Shown in pieces: positions 48,824 to 58,729 of a DNA stretch of 64,000 nucleotides. The position numbers were made by a program, and so were the translations under genes. Source of the DNA: an uncultured Deinococcaceae bacterium (GTDB taxonomy: Bacteria > Deinococcota > Deinococci > Deinococcales > Deinococcaceae); NCBI GenBank assembly GCA_964252075.1, contig CAXULY010000015.1, forward strand, positions 49,957 through 113,956, in the 5' to 3' direction. A model generated the notes under the pieces. It saw only the letters and a list, made by a program, of their open reading frames with translations. It searched no databases and had not been told where the DNA came from. Within the stretch, counting starts at the first letter, position 1. Every line of letters begins with the position of its first letter.

Positions 48824-49573
48824 TCAGCCCTGGTCGAGCGGGCGGATCAGGATCTCGTTCACGTTCACGCGCTGCGGCTGCGTGACCGCGTACACCACCG
48901 CCGCCGCGATGTCCTCGGACTCCAGCGGCGTCATGGTGCCGATGCGGCTCTCGTAGGTCTCCTTCGTCTGCGTGTGCGTGATGTGGTTCGTCAGCTCGGT
49001 CGCCACGACGCCCGGCTCGATGACCGTCACGCGCACCCCGAATTGCCGCACCTCCTGCCGCAGGCCCTCGCTGAAGCCGCCGACCGCCCACTTGCTCGCG
49101 CTGTACCCGGCGCTGGTGGGGCTCGCCCCGCGCCCCGACACGGACGAGATGTTCACCACGTGCCCGGAGCCCTGCGCCTTCATGCCGGGCAGCGCGGCGT
49201 GCGTGAGGACCATCAGGCTCAGCACGTTCAGGTCCAGCATGCGCCGCCAGTCCTCGGTGTCCGCGTCCAGCACCGGACCCAGCAGCATGAGCCCCGCGTT
49301 GTTCACCAGGATGTCCAGCCGCCCCAGTGCGCTCATGGTGCGCTGCACGGCCTCGCGCGCGCCTGCTTCGGTGGACACGTCCAGCGCGACGACCTCCGCC
49401 CGCCCGCCCGCCTGCGTGATCTCCTGCGCGAGCGCGCTCAGGCGCTCCTCGCGCCGCGCGACGAGCGCGACCGCCGCGCCCTCCTGCGCGAGCGCCCGCG
49501 CGGTCGCCTCCCCGATGCCGCTGCTCGCGCCCGTCACCAGCGCCACCTTGCCCGTCAGTTTGCCTTCGCTCAT
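48824..49573 (-). CDS. SDR family oxidoreductase
   Basis: TGASSGIG, NNAG, YSASK. Confidence 0.92.
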   Translation of the reverse strand: MSEGKLTGKVALVTGASSGIGEATARALAQEGAAVALVARREERLSALAQEITQAGGRAEVVALDVSTEAGAREAVQRTMSALGRLDILVNNAGLMLLGPVLDADTEDWRRMLDLNVLSLMVLTHAALPGMKAQGSGHVVNISSVSGRGASPTSAGYSASKWAVGGFSEGLRQEVRQFGVRVTVIEPGVVATELTNHITHTQTKETYESRIGTMTPLESEDIAAAVVYAVTQPQRVNVNEILIRPLDQG

Positions 49574-51078
49574 GCGTGTGCCTCCAGTCCGTACAGCTCG
49601 CCGAATTTCTCGCTCAGGTAGGTCAGGTACGGCTCGGGGTTCAGGCCCTCACCCGTCGCGCGCACCAGCAGCTCGTGCGGGGTGTAGGTCCGCCCGTACT
49701 GGTAGATGTGGTCCGTCAGCCAGCCGCGCAGCGGCGCGTAATCGCCGCGCGCGAGGCTCCCCTCCAGGTCCGGGATGGCCTTCGTCGCGGCCCGGTAGAA
49801 CTGCCCGGCCATGACGTTCCCGATGGTGTACGTCGGGAAGGACCCGAAGTACCCCGTGGACCAGTGGATGTCCTGCAGCACCCCGCGCGCGGCGTCTGGC
49901 ACGTCCAACCCCAGGTCCTCCTTTACACGGGCGTTCCAGGCGTCCGGCAGGTCCCGCACGCTCAGCTCGCCCGCGATGAGGCGCGACTCCAGGTCCACGC
50001 GCAGCATGATGTGCAGGTCGTAGGTGAGTTCGTCCGCCTCCACGCGAATCAGGCTGGCGCGCACGCGGTTCACGGCGCGGTGGAATTCCGCGTCCGTCAC
50101 GTCCCCCAGCTGCTCCGGGAAGAGCCCTTGCAGCTTCGCGAAGTGCAGCTGCCAGAAGGCGCGGGCGCGGCCCACGCGGTTCTCCCACAGGCGCGACTGG
50201 CTCTCGTGCGTCCCGAAGCTCGCGCCGCCCACCGCGTACAGGCCCAGCAGGTCGCTCGTCAGGACCGTGCGGTTCAGCTCGGGGCTCACGCCCTGCTCGT
50301 ACATGGCGTGCCCCGTCTCGTGCAGCGTGCCGAACAGCGCGCCCGGCAGGTACTGCTCCTGGTAGCGGGTGGTGATGCGCACGTCCTCGCGCGTGAAGCT
50401 GATCTCGAAGGGGTGCGCGGACGCGTCCAGCCGCCCGCGCGTCACGTCGTACCCGAAGGCCTGCGCAAGCTCCAGCGAGAACGCCCGCTGCTGCGCCGCC
50501 GGGTAGTGGCGCGTCAGGAAGTCGCTGCGCGGCTCCGGCTGCGCCTGAATGCGACGCAGGAGCGGCACGTGGTGCTCGCGGAGGCGCGCCAGCAGCGGCG
50601 TGAGGGTGGCGGTCGTGAGGCCCGGCTCGTACAGGTTCAGCAGGGCGTCGTAGGGGTGGCCCTCGTACCCCAGGGCGTCCGCGAAGTCGCGGCTGAGGGC
50701 CACCATGCGCTCCAGGTACGGCGCGAAGCGCGCGAAGTCACTTTCGGCCTTCGCCTGCGCCCACACGTCCTGCGCCTCGCCGCGCAAGGCCGCGAGGTCC
50801 CGCGTGAGCTGCGCGGGCACACGCCGCAGGGCCGCGACGGCCTCCAGCGCCTGCTGCGCCGCCCGGTCCTCGGGGTTCGCGCCCAGCGCCTCTCGGGCTG
50901 CTGCTTCGAACTCAGGCGCCAGCAGCTTCTCCTGCGCGACGCTGCTCAGCGTCGCGGACTGCTGCGCGCGCGTCACGCTCCCGCCGGGCGGCATCTGCGT
51001 GCGCGCGTCCCAGTTGAGGACGTTCAGCACGCACAGCAGGTCGTTGATCTCGGCACTCAGTCGGACGAATTCAGACAT
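49570..51078 (-). CDS. Carboxypeptidase M32 (Taq-like)
   Basis: HPF, DVRITTRY, HETGH, HESQSR, IRVEADE, QDIHW, FPTY. Confidence 0.95.
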   Translation of the reverse strand: MSEFVRLSAEINDLLCVLNVLNWDARTQMPPGGSVTRAQQSATLSSVAQEKLLAPEFEAAAREALGANPEDRAAQQALEAVAALRRVPAQLTRDLAALRGEAQDVWAQAKAESDFARFAPYLERMVALSRDFADALGYEGHPYDALLNLYEPGLTTATLTPLLARLREHHVPLLRRIQAQPEPRSDFLTRHYPAAQQRAFSLELAQAFGYDVTRGRLDASAHPFEISFTREDVRITTRYQEQYLPGALFGTLHETGHAMYEQGVSPELNRTVLTSDLLGLYAVGGASFGTHESQSRLWENRVGRARAFWQLHFAKLQGLFPEQLGDVTDAEFHRAVNRVRASLIRVEADELTYDLHIMLRVDLESRLIAGELSVRDLPDAWNARVKEDLGLDVPDAARGVLQDIHWSTGYFGSFPTYTIGNVMAGQFYRAATKAIPDLEGSLARGDYAPLRGWLTDHIYQYGRTYTPHELLVRATGEGLNPEPYLTYLSEKFGELYGLEAHA

Positions 51079-51111
51079 CAGAAGCTCCTGTCGAAGGGGG
51101 AAGGTGGGGCA

Positions 51112-52110
51112 TCAGGACGGAGTTCCAGCGGTGCTGACCGCCCGGTCTGGGCCGGACGACGCCTGCACGGCCTTCGGCGCCCCGATGCCGTATAGGGGGT
51201 CGCCCTCGTTCATGGCGAGGCTCGTCACGGCGAACAGCACCGTGCCGCCCGCCGAGGCGCGCAGTTCCGCGAGCGTCTCCCCGAACACGTCGCGGATGAC
51301 GCCCACGGTCTGACCCTCCGGCACGGACTCGCCCACGCGCGCGGCGGGGTACCACAGGCCGCCCACGGGCGCGCTCATCCAGGCGAGCGCGGCGTGCAGC
51401 TGGATGGGCAGCGGTTCGGGTGCGGCGCCCAGCATGCCGAGGTGCCCCAGCACGCGCCGCACCCCGTCCACCAGCGGCGCGATGGCGGTCTCGGGCCACT
51501 GGCCCTGCCCGCCCGCCTCCGCGATGATGGCGGGCACGCCGTGCTGCCGCGCCGCCGCGATGCTCATCACCTGCCCCTCGCTCACCGTGAGGTGCGGCAG
51601 CCCGAAGGCTCGCCCGAGCGCGAGTGAAGCCTCGTCGCCGGCGGGCGCGATCGAGAAGGGTTCGAGGGCTTCCACGAGGTCCCCGCCGTGCAGGTCCAGG
51701 AAGGCGTCCGCACGCGCGATGAAGGTCGTGGTGAGCCAGTGCGCGAGGCGCTCGGCGTAGGTGCCGTCCGCGCGGCCCGGGAAGCTGCGGTTCAGGTTCT
51801 TCCCGTCGATGGGGTTGATGTAGATGGACCGCGCCGTGTACGCGGGCGGATTCACGATGGGCAGCACCACCAGCGTGCCGGCGAGCGCCTGCGGGTCGGT
51901 GTTCATGACGCGCACGGCGGCCTCGATGCTGGCGTACTCCGCGCCGTGTACGCCCGCCGTGACGAGCAGCGTCGCGCCGGGCCGCGCGCCACGAATGACG
52001 CGCCCCGCGACCTCGATGTCCGCGCCCACGTCCGGGCGCAGCTTCAAATCCGTGAAGCTGCCGGGGGTGAGGGTGGTCCAGTCCGGCACTTCGGTGAGGC
52101 GTTCACTCAT
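51112..52110 (-). CDS. Succinylglutamate desuccinylase/aspartoacylase (M14-like) family protein
   Basis: AGVHGAE, NLNRSFPG, DLHGG, EAGG; C-terminal biotinyl-like domain. Confidence 0.88.
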   Translation of the reverse strand: MSERLTEVPDWTTLTPGSFTDLKLRPDVGADIEVAGRVIRGARPGATLLVTAGVHGAEYASIEAAVRVMNTDPQALAGTLVVLPIVNPPAYTARSIYINPIDGKNLNRSFPGRADGTYAERLAHWLTTTFIARADAFLDLHGGDLVEALEPFSIAPAGDEASLALGRAFGLPHLTVSEGQVMSIAAARQHGVPAIIAEAGGQGQWPETAIAPLVDGVRRVLGHLGMLGAAPEPLPIQLHAALAWMSAPVGGLWYPAARVGESVPEGQTVGVIRDVFGETLAELRASAGGTVLFAVTSLAMNEGDPLYGIGAPKAVQASSGPDRAVSTAGTPS

Positions 52111-52736
52111 GACGGTGCGTCTCCTTCCAGGGTGGGTTGCAGGTCGGCGGGCGCGCTGCTGCGCGCGAACAGCGCCTGCTCGGCGGCCAGCAGCTCCCGC
52201 ACGCGCGCGAGCACGTTTTCCACTTCGGCGCGGGGCACGACCACCACGCCGTTCTCGTCCGCGACAATTAGGTCGCCGGGACTCACGACCTGCCCGCCGA
52301 GCGCGACGGGCACGTTCACGCTGCCGCGCCCGCCGGGCAGGCCCGCGTTCGGCACGCTGCCCGTCCCGAACACCGGGAAATTCAGGCGCGCGAGGGCGCC
52401 CACGTCGCGCGCCGGGCCGTCAATGACGGCGCCCGTCACGCCCCGCGCTTGCGCCGCGCGGGTGGTGCGCTCGCCCCAGAAGGCGCTGTTCTGGCTGCCG
52501 CCCGTGGCGATCACCACCACGCTGCCCGGCGTGGCCGCCTCGATCGCGCCGAACACCGCGGTGAGGTCCGTGCCGAAGGTGCGCGCCGTGACCGCGTAGC
52601 CAAGCAACCGTGCGCCGGGGGTCAGTGCTCGGAACGCCGCGCTCAGGCCGCCCGTGCGGCCCAGCGCGTCGCTCACCGTGCAGGTGAGGTCGCCATCAAT
52701 CAGCAACTCCCGGTACGCGGCGAGCAGGTCGCTCAT
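52107..52736 (-). CDS. RraA/HMG-CHA aldolase family protein
   Basis: VSDAL, AFWGE, GAVIDGPARD, PGDLIVADENGVVVVP. Confidence 0.88.
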   Translation of the reverse strand: MSDLLAAYRELLIDGDLTCTVSDALGRTGGLSAAFRALTPGARLLGYAVTARTFGTDLTAVFGAIEAATPGSVVVIATGGSQNSAFWGERTTRAAQARGVTGAVIDGPARDVGALARLNFPVFGTGSVPNAGLPGGRGSVNVPVALGGQVVSPGDLIVADENGVVVVPRAEVENVLARVRELLAAEQALFARSSAPADLQPTLEGDAPS

Positions 52737-54130
52737 GCCTGCGCCAGGCGGGCGAGGTACATCGCCCAGGCGCGCTGCCCCTCCCCGATCCGCGCGAGGC
52801 GGAAGAACTCGTTCGGCGCGTGGATGTCCTCGTCCCCCACCGCGAAGGAGAAGAACACCGTATCCACGCCTAGCACCGCCTGGAAGGTCTCCAGCACGGG
52901 GATGCTGCCGCCCATCCCGACCTCCAGCGGCGCGCGCCCATACAGGTCCGCCAGCACCTCGCGCGCCACCCGCCGCCCCACGTGGTCCTCGGGGATGCGG
53001 TACGCGCGCGCGCCGTGCCCGCCCGCCTGCACGCTGAGCGTCACGCCGGGCGGCAGGTGCGACTCCAGGTGCTGAATCAGCAGTGCCTCGATGCGCTCGG
53101 GGTCCTGCCCCGGCACGAGGCGGCAGGTGATCTTCGCGTGCGCCTCGCTGGGCAGCACGGTCTTGCTGCCCTCGCCGGTGTACCCGCCCCACAGGCCGTT
53201 CAGCTCCAGGGTCGGGCGGTCCCACTGCCGCTCCAGGGTGGAGAAGCCCGGCTCGCCGAACACCTCGGGGGCGCCCGTCTGCGCCAGGTACGCCGCGTCA
53301 CTGAAGGGCAGCGCCTGGGTCGCGGCGCGCGCCTCCGGCGACTGCTCCTGCACCCCGTCGTAGAAGCCCGCCACCGCCACCCGACCGTCCGGGTGGTGCA
53401 GGCCCGCCACGAGTTGCGCCATGGCGTGCAGGGGGTTCTGCAGGGCGCCGCCGTGCCGCCCGGAGTGCAGGTCCTTGGTGGGGCCGGTCAGCGTGAACTC
53501 CAGCGCCGCGAGGCCGCGCGCGCTCACCGTGAGGGACGGCGTCTCGGCGCTCCACATGCCGCCGTCCGCGCTCAGCACGAAGTCCGCCTGCAATCGCTCA
53601 CGCTGCGCCGCGACGAGCGCCCCGAGGTGCGCGCTGCCCACCTCCTCCTCCCCCTCGAACAGGAACTTCACGTTCACGGGCAGCGACCCGCGCGCGGACA
53701 TCAGCGCGTCCACCGCCTGCACCGCGATCAGGAGCGGCCCCTTGTCGTCGCTCACGCCGCGCCCGTACATGCGCTCCCCCACCACAGTGGGCGTGAAGGG
53801 CGGCGTGCGCCACACCTCCAGCGGCTCGGGTGGCTGCACGTCGTAATGCCCGTACACCAGGATGGTGGGGGCGCCCGGCGCGTCCAGCCATTCCGCGTAC
53901 ACGGCGGGGTGACCCTCGGTGGGCCACTCCTCCACGGTCGTGAGGCCCGCCTGCCGCAGGCGGCCCATCAGCCACCCAGCGGCGCGCGCCATGTCCGGCG
54001 CGTGCGTGGATTGCGCGCTCACGCTCGGAATGCCCGCGAAGGCGATCAGTTCGGTCAGGGAGGCGTCCCGGCGCTCGTCCAGCAGGGAGAACACCTCGGT
54101 GATGTCAGTGGGGGAGAGGGAACGCGTCAC
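52733..54130 (-). CDS. M20 family dipeptidase
   Basis: YGHYDVQP, GRGVSDDKG, EGEEE, DLHSG, GGSIP, HAPNE. Confidence 0.92.
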   Translation of the reverse strand: MTRSLSPTDITEVFSLLDERRDASLTELIAFAGIPSVSAQSTHAPDMARAAGWLMGRLRQAGLTTVEEWPTEGHPAVYAEWLDAPGAPTILVYGHYDVQPPEPLEVWRTPPFTPTVVGERMYGRGVSDDKGPLLIAVQAVDALMSARGSLPVNVKFLFEGEEEVGSAHLGALVAAQRERLQADFVLSADGGMWSAETPSLTVSARGLAALEFTLTGPTKDLHSGRHGGALQNPLHAMAQLVAGLHHPDGRVAVAGFYDGVQEQSPEARAATQALPFSDAAYLAQTGAPEVFGEPGFSTLERQWDRPTLELNGLWGGYTGEGSKTVLPSEAHAKITCRLVPGQDPERIEALLIQHLESHLPPGVTLSVQAGGHGARAYRIPEDHVGRRVAREVLADLYGRAPLEVGMGGSIPVLETFQAVLGVDTVFFSFAVGDEDIHAPNEFFRLARIGEGQRAWAMYLARLAQA

Positions 54131-54191
54131 AGCTTCACTCCAGAAGGGGGAAAGGGGGCTTGAGGACCGGAAGAAAGGCGGCGCGCGGCGG

Positions 54192-54947
54192 TCACTTGCC
54201 GCCGTCCACGCTCAGCACCTGCCCCGTCACCCACCCCGCCTGCTCCGAAGCGAAGAACAGCACCGCGTGCGCGATGTCGTCCGGGCTGCCCAGGCGCTTC
54301 AGGGCGATGCCCTCCACGAGGCGCCGCTGCCCCTCCTCGCCGTAACTCTCCCACTGCCGCTCGGTGGTGGGGTTGCTGCGCACGAAGCCCGGCGCGACGT
54401 TGTTCACCGTGATGCCGAACGCCCCAAGCTCGTGCGCGAGCTGCCGCGTGAGGCCGATCTGCGCGGCCTTCGCGCTCGCGTACGCCTGGATGCCGGTGAG
54501 GCTCACGCCGAGGCCCGCGCCGCTGGAGATGTTCACGATGCGTCCGCGCCCCGCGCGCTTCATGTGCGGGCTGGCCGCCTGCGCGAAGTTGAAGGCGCCG
54601 TCCACGTTCACGGCGAAGATGGCGCGCCAGTCGCCTTCGCTGATCTCCTCCAGCGGGCGGCCCACCTGGCCCAGCACGCCGCCCGCGTTGTTCACCAGCA
54701 CGTCCACCCGGCCCGTGGCCTGCGCCGCTTCCTCCACGAGCGCGCGCACCGCGTCCCGGTCCGTCACGTCCACGAGGCGCGTCTCGATGAAGCCCGCCGC
54801 CTTCGCGGTCTCCGCGAGGCCGTCGGCCTGCACGTCGCAGGCGTACACGCGCGCCCCGCGCGCCGCGAAGGCGTGCGCGATGGCGCGCCCAAAGCCGTGC
54901 GCGGCGCCCGTGACAATGACCGTCTGTCCGTCAAACGTAATGTTCAC
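54192..54947 (-). CDS. SDR family oxidoreductase (FabG-like)
   Basis: TGAAHGFG, NNAGG, YASAK. Confidence 0.9.
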   Translation of the reverse strand: MNITFDGQTVIVTGAAHGFGRAIAHAFAARGARVYACDVQADGLAETAKAAGFIETRLVDVTDRDAVRALVEEAAQATGRVDVLVNNAGGVLGQVGRPLEEISEGDWRAIFAVNVDGAFNFAQAASPHMKRAGRGRIVNISSGAGLGVSLTGIQAYASAKAAQIGLTRQLAHELGAFGITVNNVAPGFVRSNPTTERQWESYGEEGQRRLVEGIALKRLGSPDDIAHAVLFFASEQAGWVTGQVLSVDGGK

Positions 54948-55990
54948 GCGTGCTCCTTGGGCATGACGGCGTGCAGTTCGCCGAGGTTCTCGCGGCTGAG
55001 TTCGCGCCGCCCGTCCTCGATGTCATGAATGAGGTCCACGAGGCGCGCGCTGATGGGCGTGGGCACGCCGTGCTCGCGCCCGAAGTGCACCACCCACCCG
55101 AGCTGCGCGTCCACCTCGGTGCGGCGCTTGCGCACCGCGAGGTCCCGCCAGATGCCGCTGTGCGTCTTGGCGCTCCTGCGGTTGAAGGCCACCATATCGT
55201 CCAGGCTCGCGAGCGTCTGGGCGGGGGTCGCGCCGGGCGTGAAGGCCGCCGGGTCGAAGCCGTTGAAGGGCTCGGGCGTCACGCCGTGCGCGTCCGCGAC
55301 GCGCATGACCTCGCGGCCCAGCGCGGCGTACAGGTCACGGTCCTCGGGGCGCGCGAGGGCGTCCGCGATGCCGTCGTTCGTGACGGCCGTCGCGAACAGC
55401 AGCGCGCCGTACCCGAGTTTGCTCCACAGGTACCCGAAGATGTTGCGGGTCAGCACGGCGTTCGGCTCGAACTGCCGCAGGAGGGCGTGCAGGCGCTCGG
55501 CGCGCGGCGTGACCTCGCCGCTTTGCTCGCCCACCACGACCGCGCCGCGCCCGCTGTACGTCACGACGCCGGGCTCCAGGTAGTCCGCGCCGAAGTTCAC
55601 GAAGCTGCCCACCACCCGCGCCTCGCCCAGCACGGGGTTCAGCAGGAGGGGGTTCAGGCCGTTCTGCACGGACACCACGCAGCCCTGCTCACTCACGAAG
55701 GGCGCGAGTTCCCGCGCGGCGGCCTCGGTGTCCTGCGCCTTCACGCACAGCAGCACGGTGTCCCACGTGCCCGTCAGCTCAGCTGTCGTGAAGGCGGGCG
55801 CCTGCACGGTGAAGTCGTCAATGGGCCCCACGATGTGCAGGCCGCGCTCGCGCACGGCCTGCACGTGATCCGCCGCGCGGTCCACGAAGGTCACGTCGTG
55901 CCCGGCCCGCGCGAGGTACGCGCCGATCGTCGCGCCGATGGCGCCCGCGCCCCAGATCAGCAGGCGCGCTTGGTCACCCTCCGCGGTCAC
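54944..55990 (-). CDS. Ketopantoate reductase (PanE/ApbA)-family oxidoreductase
   Basis: GAGAIG, LLCVK, SVQNG, WSKL, SGIWRDL..RRTEVD. Confidence 0.85.
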   Translation of the reverse strand: MTAEGDQARLLIWGAGAIGATIGAYLARAGHDVTFVDRAADHVQAVRERGLHIVGPIDDFTVQAPAFTTAELTGTWDTVLLCVKAQDTEAAARELAPFVSEQGCVVSVQNGLNPLLLNPVLGEARVVGSFVNFGADYLEPGVVTYSGRGAVVVGEQSGEVTPRAERLHALLRQFEPNAVLTRNIFGYLWSKLGYGALLFATAVTNDGIADALARPEDRDLYAALGREVMRVADAHGVTPEPFNGFDPAAFTPGATPAQTLASLDDMVAFNRRSAKTHSGIWRDLAVRKRRTEVDAQLGWVVHFGREHGVPTPISARLVDLIHDIEDGRRELSRENLGELHAVMPKEHA

Positions 55991-56694
55991 TCGGCCCACC
56001 CGCTCTCCAGCAGCGCGCGCGTCTCCTGCACCGCCACATCCCAGATGGCCTGCATGTCACTGTCGGGCCGCTGGAAGCGCCCGCCGTAGTTGCCTTCCTG
56101 CAGGTACCCGCGCAGTTCCTGCGGGCCCAGCAGGCGCAGGCGGTCGAGGTCCAGCGCGGCCTTCTCCTCGTCCGGCACGGTCACGCCCTCCAGGCGCGTC
56201 CAGGGGAAGTTCTCCATCCACGACGCGTGGCTGGCGTTCGTGTCGGTGGCCTGCACCTGCTTCCACACCTGCGGGGCGTTCCACCAGTTGTGGAACTTCA
56301 CGCGCGCGCCGGGGTGGTCGGCCATCCACTCGCCCGCGAGGCCCTGCGCGGGGCTGTTCCCGCCGTGCCCGTTCACGATCAGGATGCGCCGGAAGCCCTG
56401 CTCATGCATGGCGTCCAGTACGTCCCGCACGACGCTCAGGTAGGTCTGCACGCGCAGCGTGATGCTGCCCGGGTAGCCCCTGAAGTACGGGGTGATGCCG
56501 TAGGGCAGCACCGGGAAGACCGGGACGCCCAGCGGGTCGGCGGCGTCCTGCGCGAGCTTGAACGGCAGGATGTTGTCCACCGCGAGGCTCAGGTAGCCGT
56601 GCTGCTCGGTGCTGCCGAGGGGCAGCACGCAGCGGTCGTCGCTCTTGAGGTACTGCTCGACCTGCATCCAGTTCATGCGTTCAATGAGGCTCAT
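55987..56694 (-). CDS. Creatininase-family amidohydrolase
   Basis: LPLGSTEQHG.L...D, VNGHGGN, HA...E. Confidence 0.9.
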   Translation of the reverse strand: MSLIERMNWMQVEQYLKSDDRCVLPLGSTEQHGYLSLAVDNILPFKLAQDAADPLGVPVFPVLPYGITPYFRGYPGSITLRVQTYLSVVRDVLDAMHEQGFRRILIVNGHGGNSPAQGLAGEWMADHPGARVKFHNWWNAPQVWKQVQATDTNASHASWMENFPWTRLEGVTVPDEEKAALDLDRLRLLGPQELRGYLQEGNYGGRFQRPDSDMQAIWDVAVQETRALLESGWAE

Positions 56695-57713
56695 GGCGTG
56701 GTCCTTTCGGGGAGGGGGCGTTCGGTGGGGTGGCGGCGCTCGTCCAGCAGGGGCAGCAGCGTGCGCTCCACGTCGGCGGGGTCGGGCGTGTGGCGGTACT
56801 CGATGGTGTGCGTGCCGGGCAGGGCGCGCTCCCGCACGCGCTCGGCGCCCGTCGCGTACACCAGCACGTCGCTGGCGCGCAGGAGGGCGCCCAGGTCCGG
56901 GTGGTCCATCTGCACGCCGCGCACCTGCGTGATGTGCGGCGCGAAGCGCGCGACGCCCGCGCGCAGCGTCGGCAGGAACTCGTCGAAGGTCGCGACGGCG
57001 CACAGCCGCGAGCGTGGGTCGAGCGCCGCCAGGGCGGTGCGCGTGGCGTCGCTGGGAATGAAGCCCAGCGGCACCACCGCCGTGCCGGGCAGCAGCGCGC
57101 GCACCTGCGATTCGCGGTGCGCGAAGGTCACCACGAGGTCCGCGCTCGCGGCGTCCTGGCGCCACAGGCCGCGCTCCAGGTCCTCCAGGGTGACGGCCTC
57201 CACGCGGTCCGTGGGGGGCAGCAGGCGCGCGAGGTCGCGGGCGTAATCGAAGCTGGCCTCCACGAAAATCCCGACGAGCACCACCCGCAGGGCGCGCCCC
57301 TCGCTGCGCGGGCGCTCCAGGTTGCCCGTCAGGACGCTCATCAGCTGGTCCGGCGTGAAGCCCAGGTGGCGCGCCTCCTCGACCGTGCGCGCCACGAGGC
57401 GGTGCAGTTCACCCAGGTCGCGCGCGCGGCCCACGGCGGGCGCGTCCGCGACGAAGGTGCCGCGCCCGTGCTGCGTGACGATCAGGCCGCGCGACAGCAG
57501 GTCCTTGAAGACCTGCGCGACCGTCACGTGCGCGAGGCCCAGGTCGTGCGCCAGTTCCCGCACGCTGGGCAGGCGCGTGCCGCGCGGCAGGTCCCCGCAC
57601 GCGATGCCGTACTCGATCTGCCCGCGCAACTGCACGCCCAGCGGCACGCTCAGGCCGCGGTCGATGGTGAAGAGCGACCGCGTCGGGCCGTGGAGGTCCG
57701 GCCGGGGGGTCAT
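56691..57713 (-). CDS. GntR family transcriptional regulator with extended C-terminal domain
   Basis: RLPSVRELA, GRGTFV winged helix; about 200 extra C-terminal residues. Confidence 0.88.
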   Translation of the reverse strand: MTPRPDLHGPTRSLFTIDRGLSVPLGVQLRGQIEYGIACGDLPRGTRLPSVRELAHDLGLAHVTVAQVFKDLLSRGLIVTQHGRGTFVADAPAVGRARDLGELHRLVARTVEEARHLGFTPDQLMSVLTGNLERPRSEGRALRVVLVGIFVEASFDYARDLARLLPPTDRVEAVTLEDLERGLWRQDAASADLVVTFAHRESQVRALLPGTAVVPLGFIPSDATRTALAALDPRSRLCAVATFDEFLPTLRAGVARFAPHITQVRGVQMDHPDLGALLRASDVLVYATGAERVRERALPGTHTIEYRHTPDPADVERTLLPLLDERRHPTERPLPERTTP

Positions 57714-58729
57714 GACGCCACGACCCCCGCCAGCACGTCCTCCGCGCGGTGGCAGGCGACCTGCTGGCCCGGCATGACCTCCCGCAGCGCGGGCCGCTCC
57801 TGCGCGCAGCGCTCGATGGCGAGCGGGCAGCGCGTGCGGAACGCGCAGCCGCTCGGGACGTTCAGCGGGCTGGGCAGCTCGCCGCGCACGGCGGGCGCCT
57901 CGCCGCGCTGCGCGGGGTCCAGGGTGGGCGCGGCGGCCAGCAGCGCGCGGGTGTACGGGTGCGCGGGCCGCACGAACAGGTGCTCGGTCTCCGAGACCTC
58001 CACCACGCGCCCCAGGTACATGACGGCCACGCGGTGCGAGAGGTGCCGCACGAGGCGCAGGTCGTGCGCGACGAACAGCACCGTAAGGCCCAGGCGCGTC
58101 TGGAGGTCCAGCAGCAGGTTCACGACTTGCGCCTGCACGCTCACGTCCAGCGCGCTCACGAGTTCGTCCGCGATGAGCGTCTCGGGCTCCAGCGCCAGCG
58201 CCCGCGCGATCCCGATGCGCTGGCGCTGCCCGCCGGAGAACTCGTGCGGGAGGCGCCCCGCCGCTTCGGGCGGCAGGCCCACCAGACCCAGTAGCTCGCG
58301 TACGCGCGCCGGAATCTCGGCGGGGGAGCGCATCTTGTGCACGCGCAGCGCCTCGCCCAGCACCTGCCCGACCGTCATGCGGGGGTTCAGGCTGGAGAAG
58401 GGGTCCTGGAAGATCATCTGCACGTGACGGTGGTACGAGCGGAGTGCCGGGCCGCGCAGGCGCAGCACGTCCAGCGTGCCGTAGCGCACCTGACCGCGGT
58501 CAGCGGGGTACAGCCGCACGAGGCAGCGCGCGAGGGTGGATTTGCCGCAGCCGCTCTCGCCCACGATGCCGAGCGTCTCGCCGCGGCGCACCTGCAGGTC
58601 CACGTCGCTGAGGGCCTGCACGGCGCGCGCGGGGCGGCGGCGCAGGCGGTCCAGGAAGTCCTGGCGCACGGGGAAGGTCTTGGTGAGGCCTTCCACCTGC
58701 ATGATGGGGGCTTCGGGGACGGCGGTCAT
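57710..58729 (-). CDS. Oligopeptide ABC ATP-binding protein (OppF/DppF-like)
   Basis: GESGCGKS, FSGGQRQR, HPYT, C-terminal Cys cluster. Confidence 0.95.
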   Translation of the reverse strand: MTAVPEAPIMQVEGLTKTFPVRQDFLDRLRRRPARAVQALSDVDLQVRRGETLGIVGESGCGKSTLARCLVRLYPADRGQVRYGTLDVLRLRGPALRSYHRHVQMIFQDPFSSLNPRMTVGQVLGEALRVHKMRSPAEIPARVRELLGLVGLPPEAAGRLPHEFSGGQRQRIGIARALALEPETLIADELVSALDVSVQAQVVNLLLDLQTRLGLTVLFVAHDLRLVRHLSHRVAVMYLGRVVEVSETEHLFVRPAHPYTRALLAAAPTLDPAQRGEAPAVRGELPSPLNVPSGCAFRTRCPLAIERCAQERPALREVMPGQQVACHRAEDVLAGVVAS

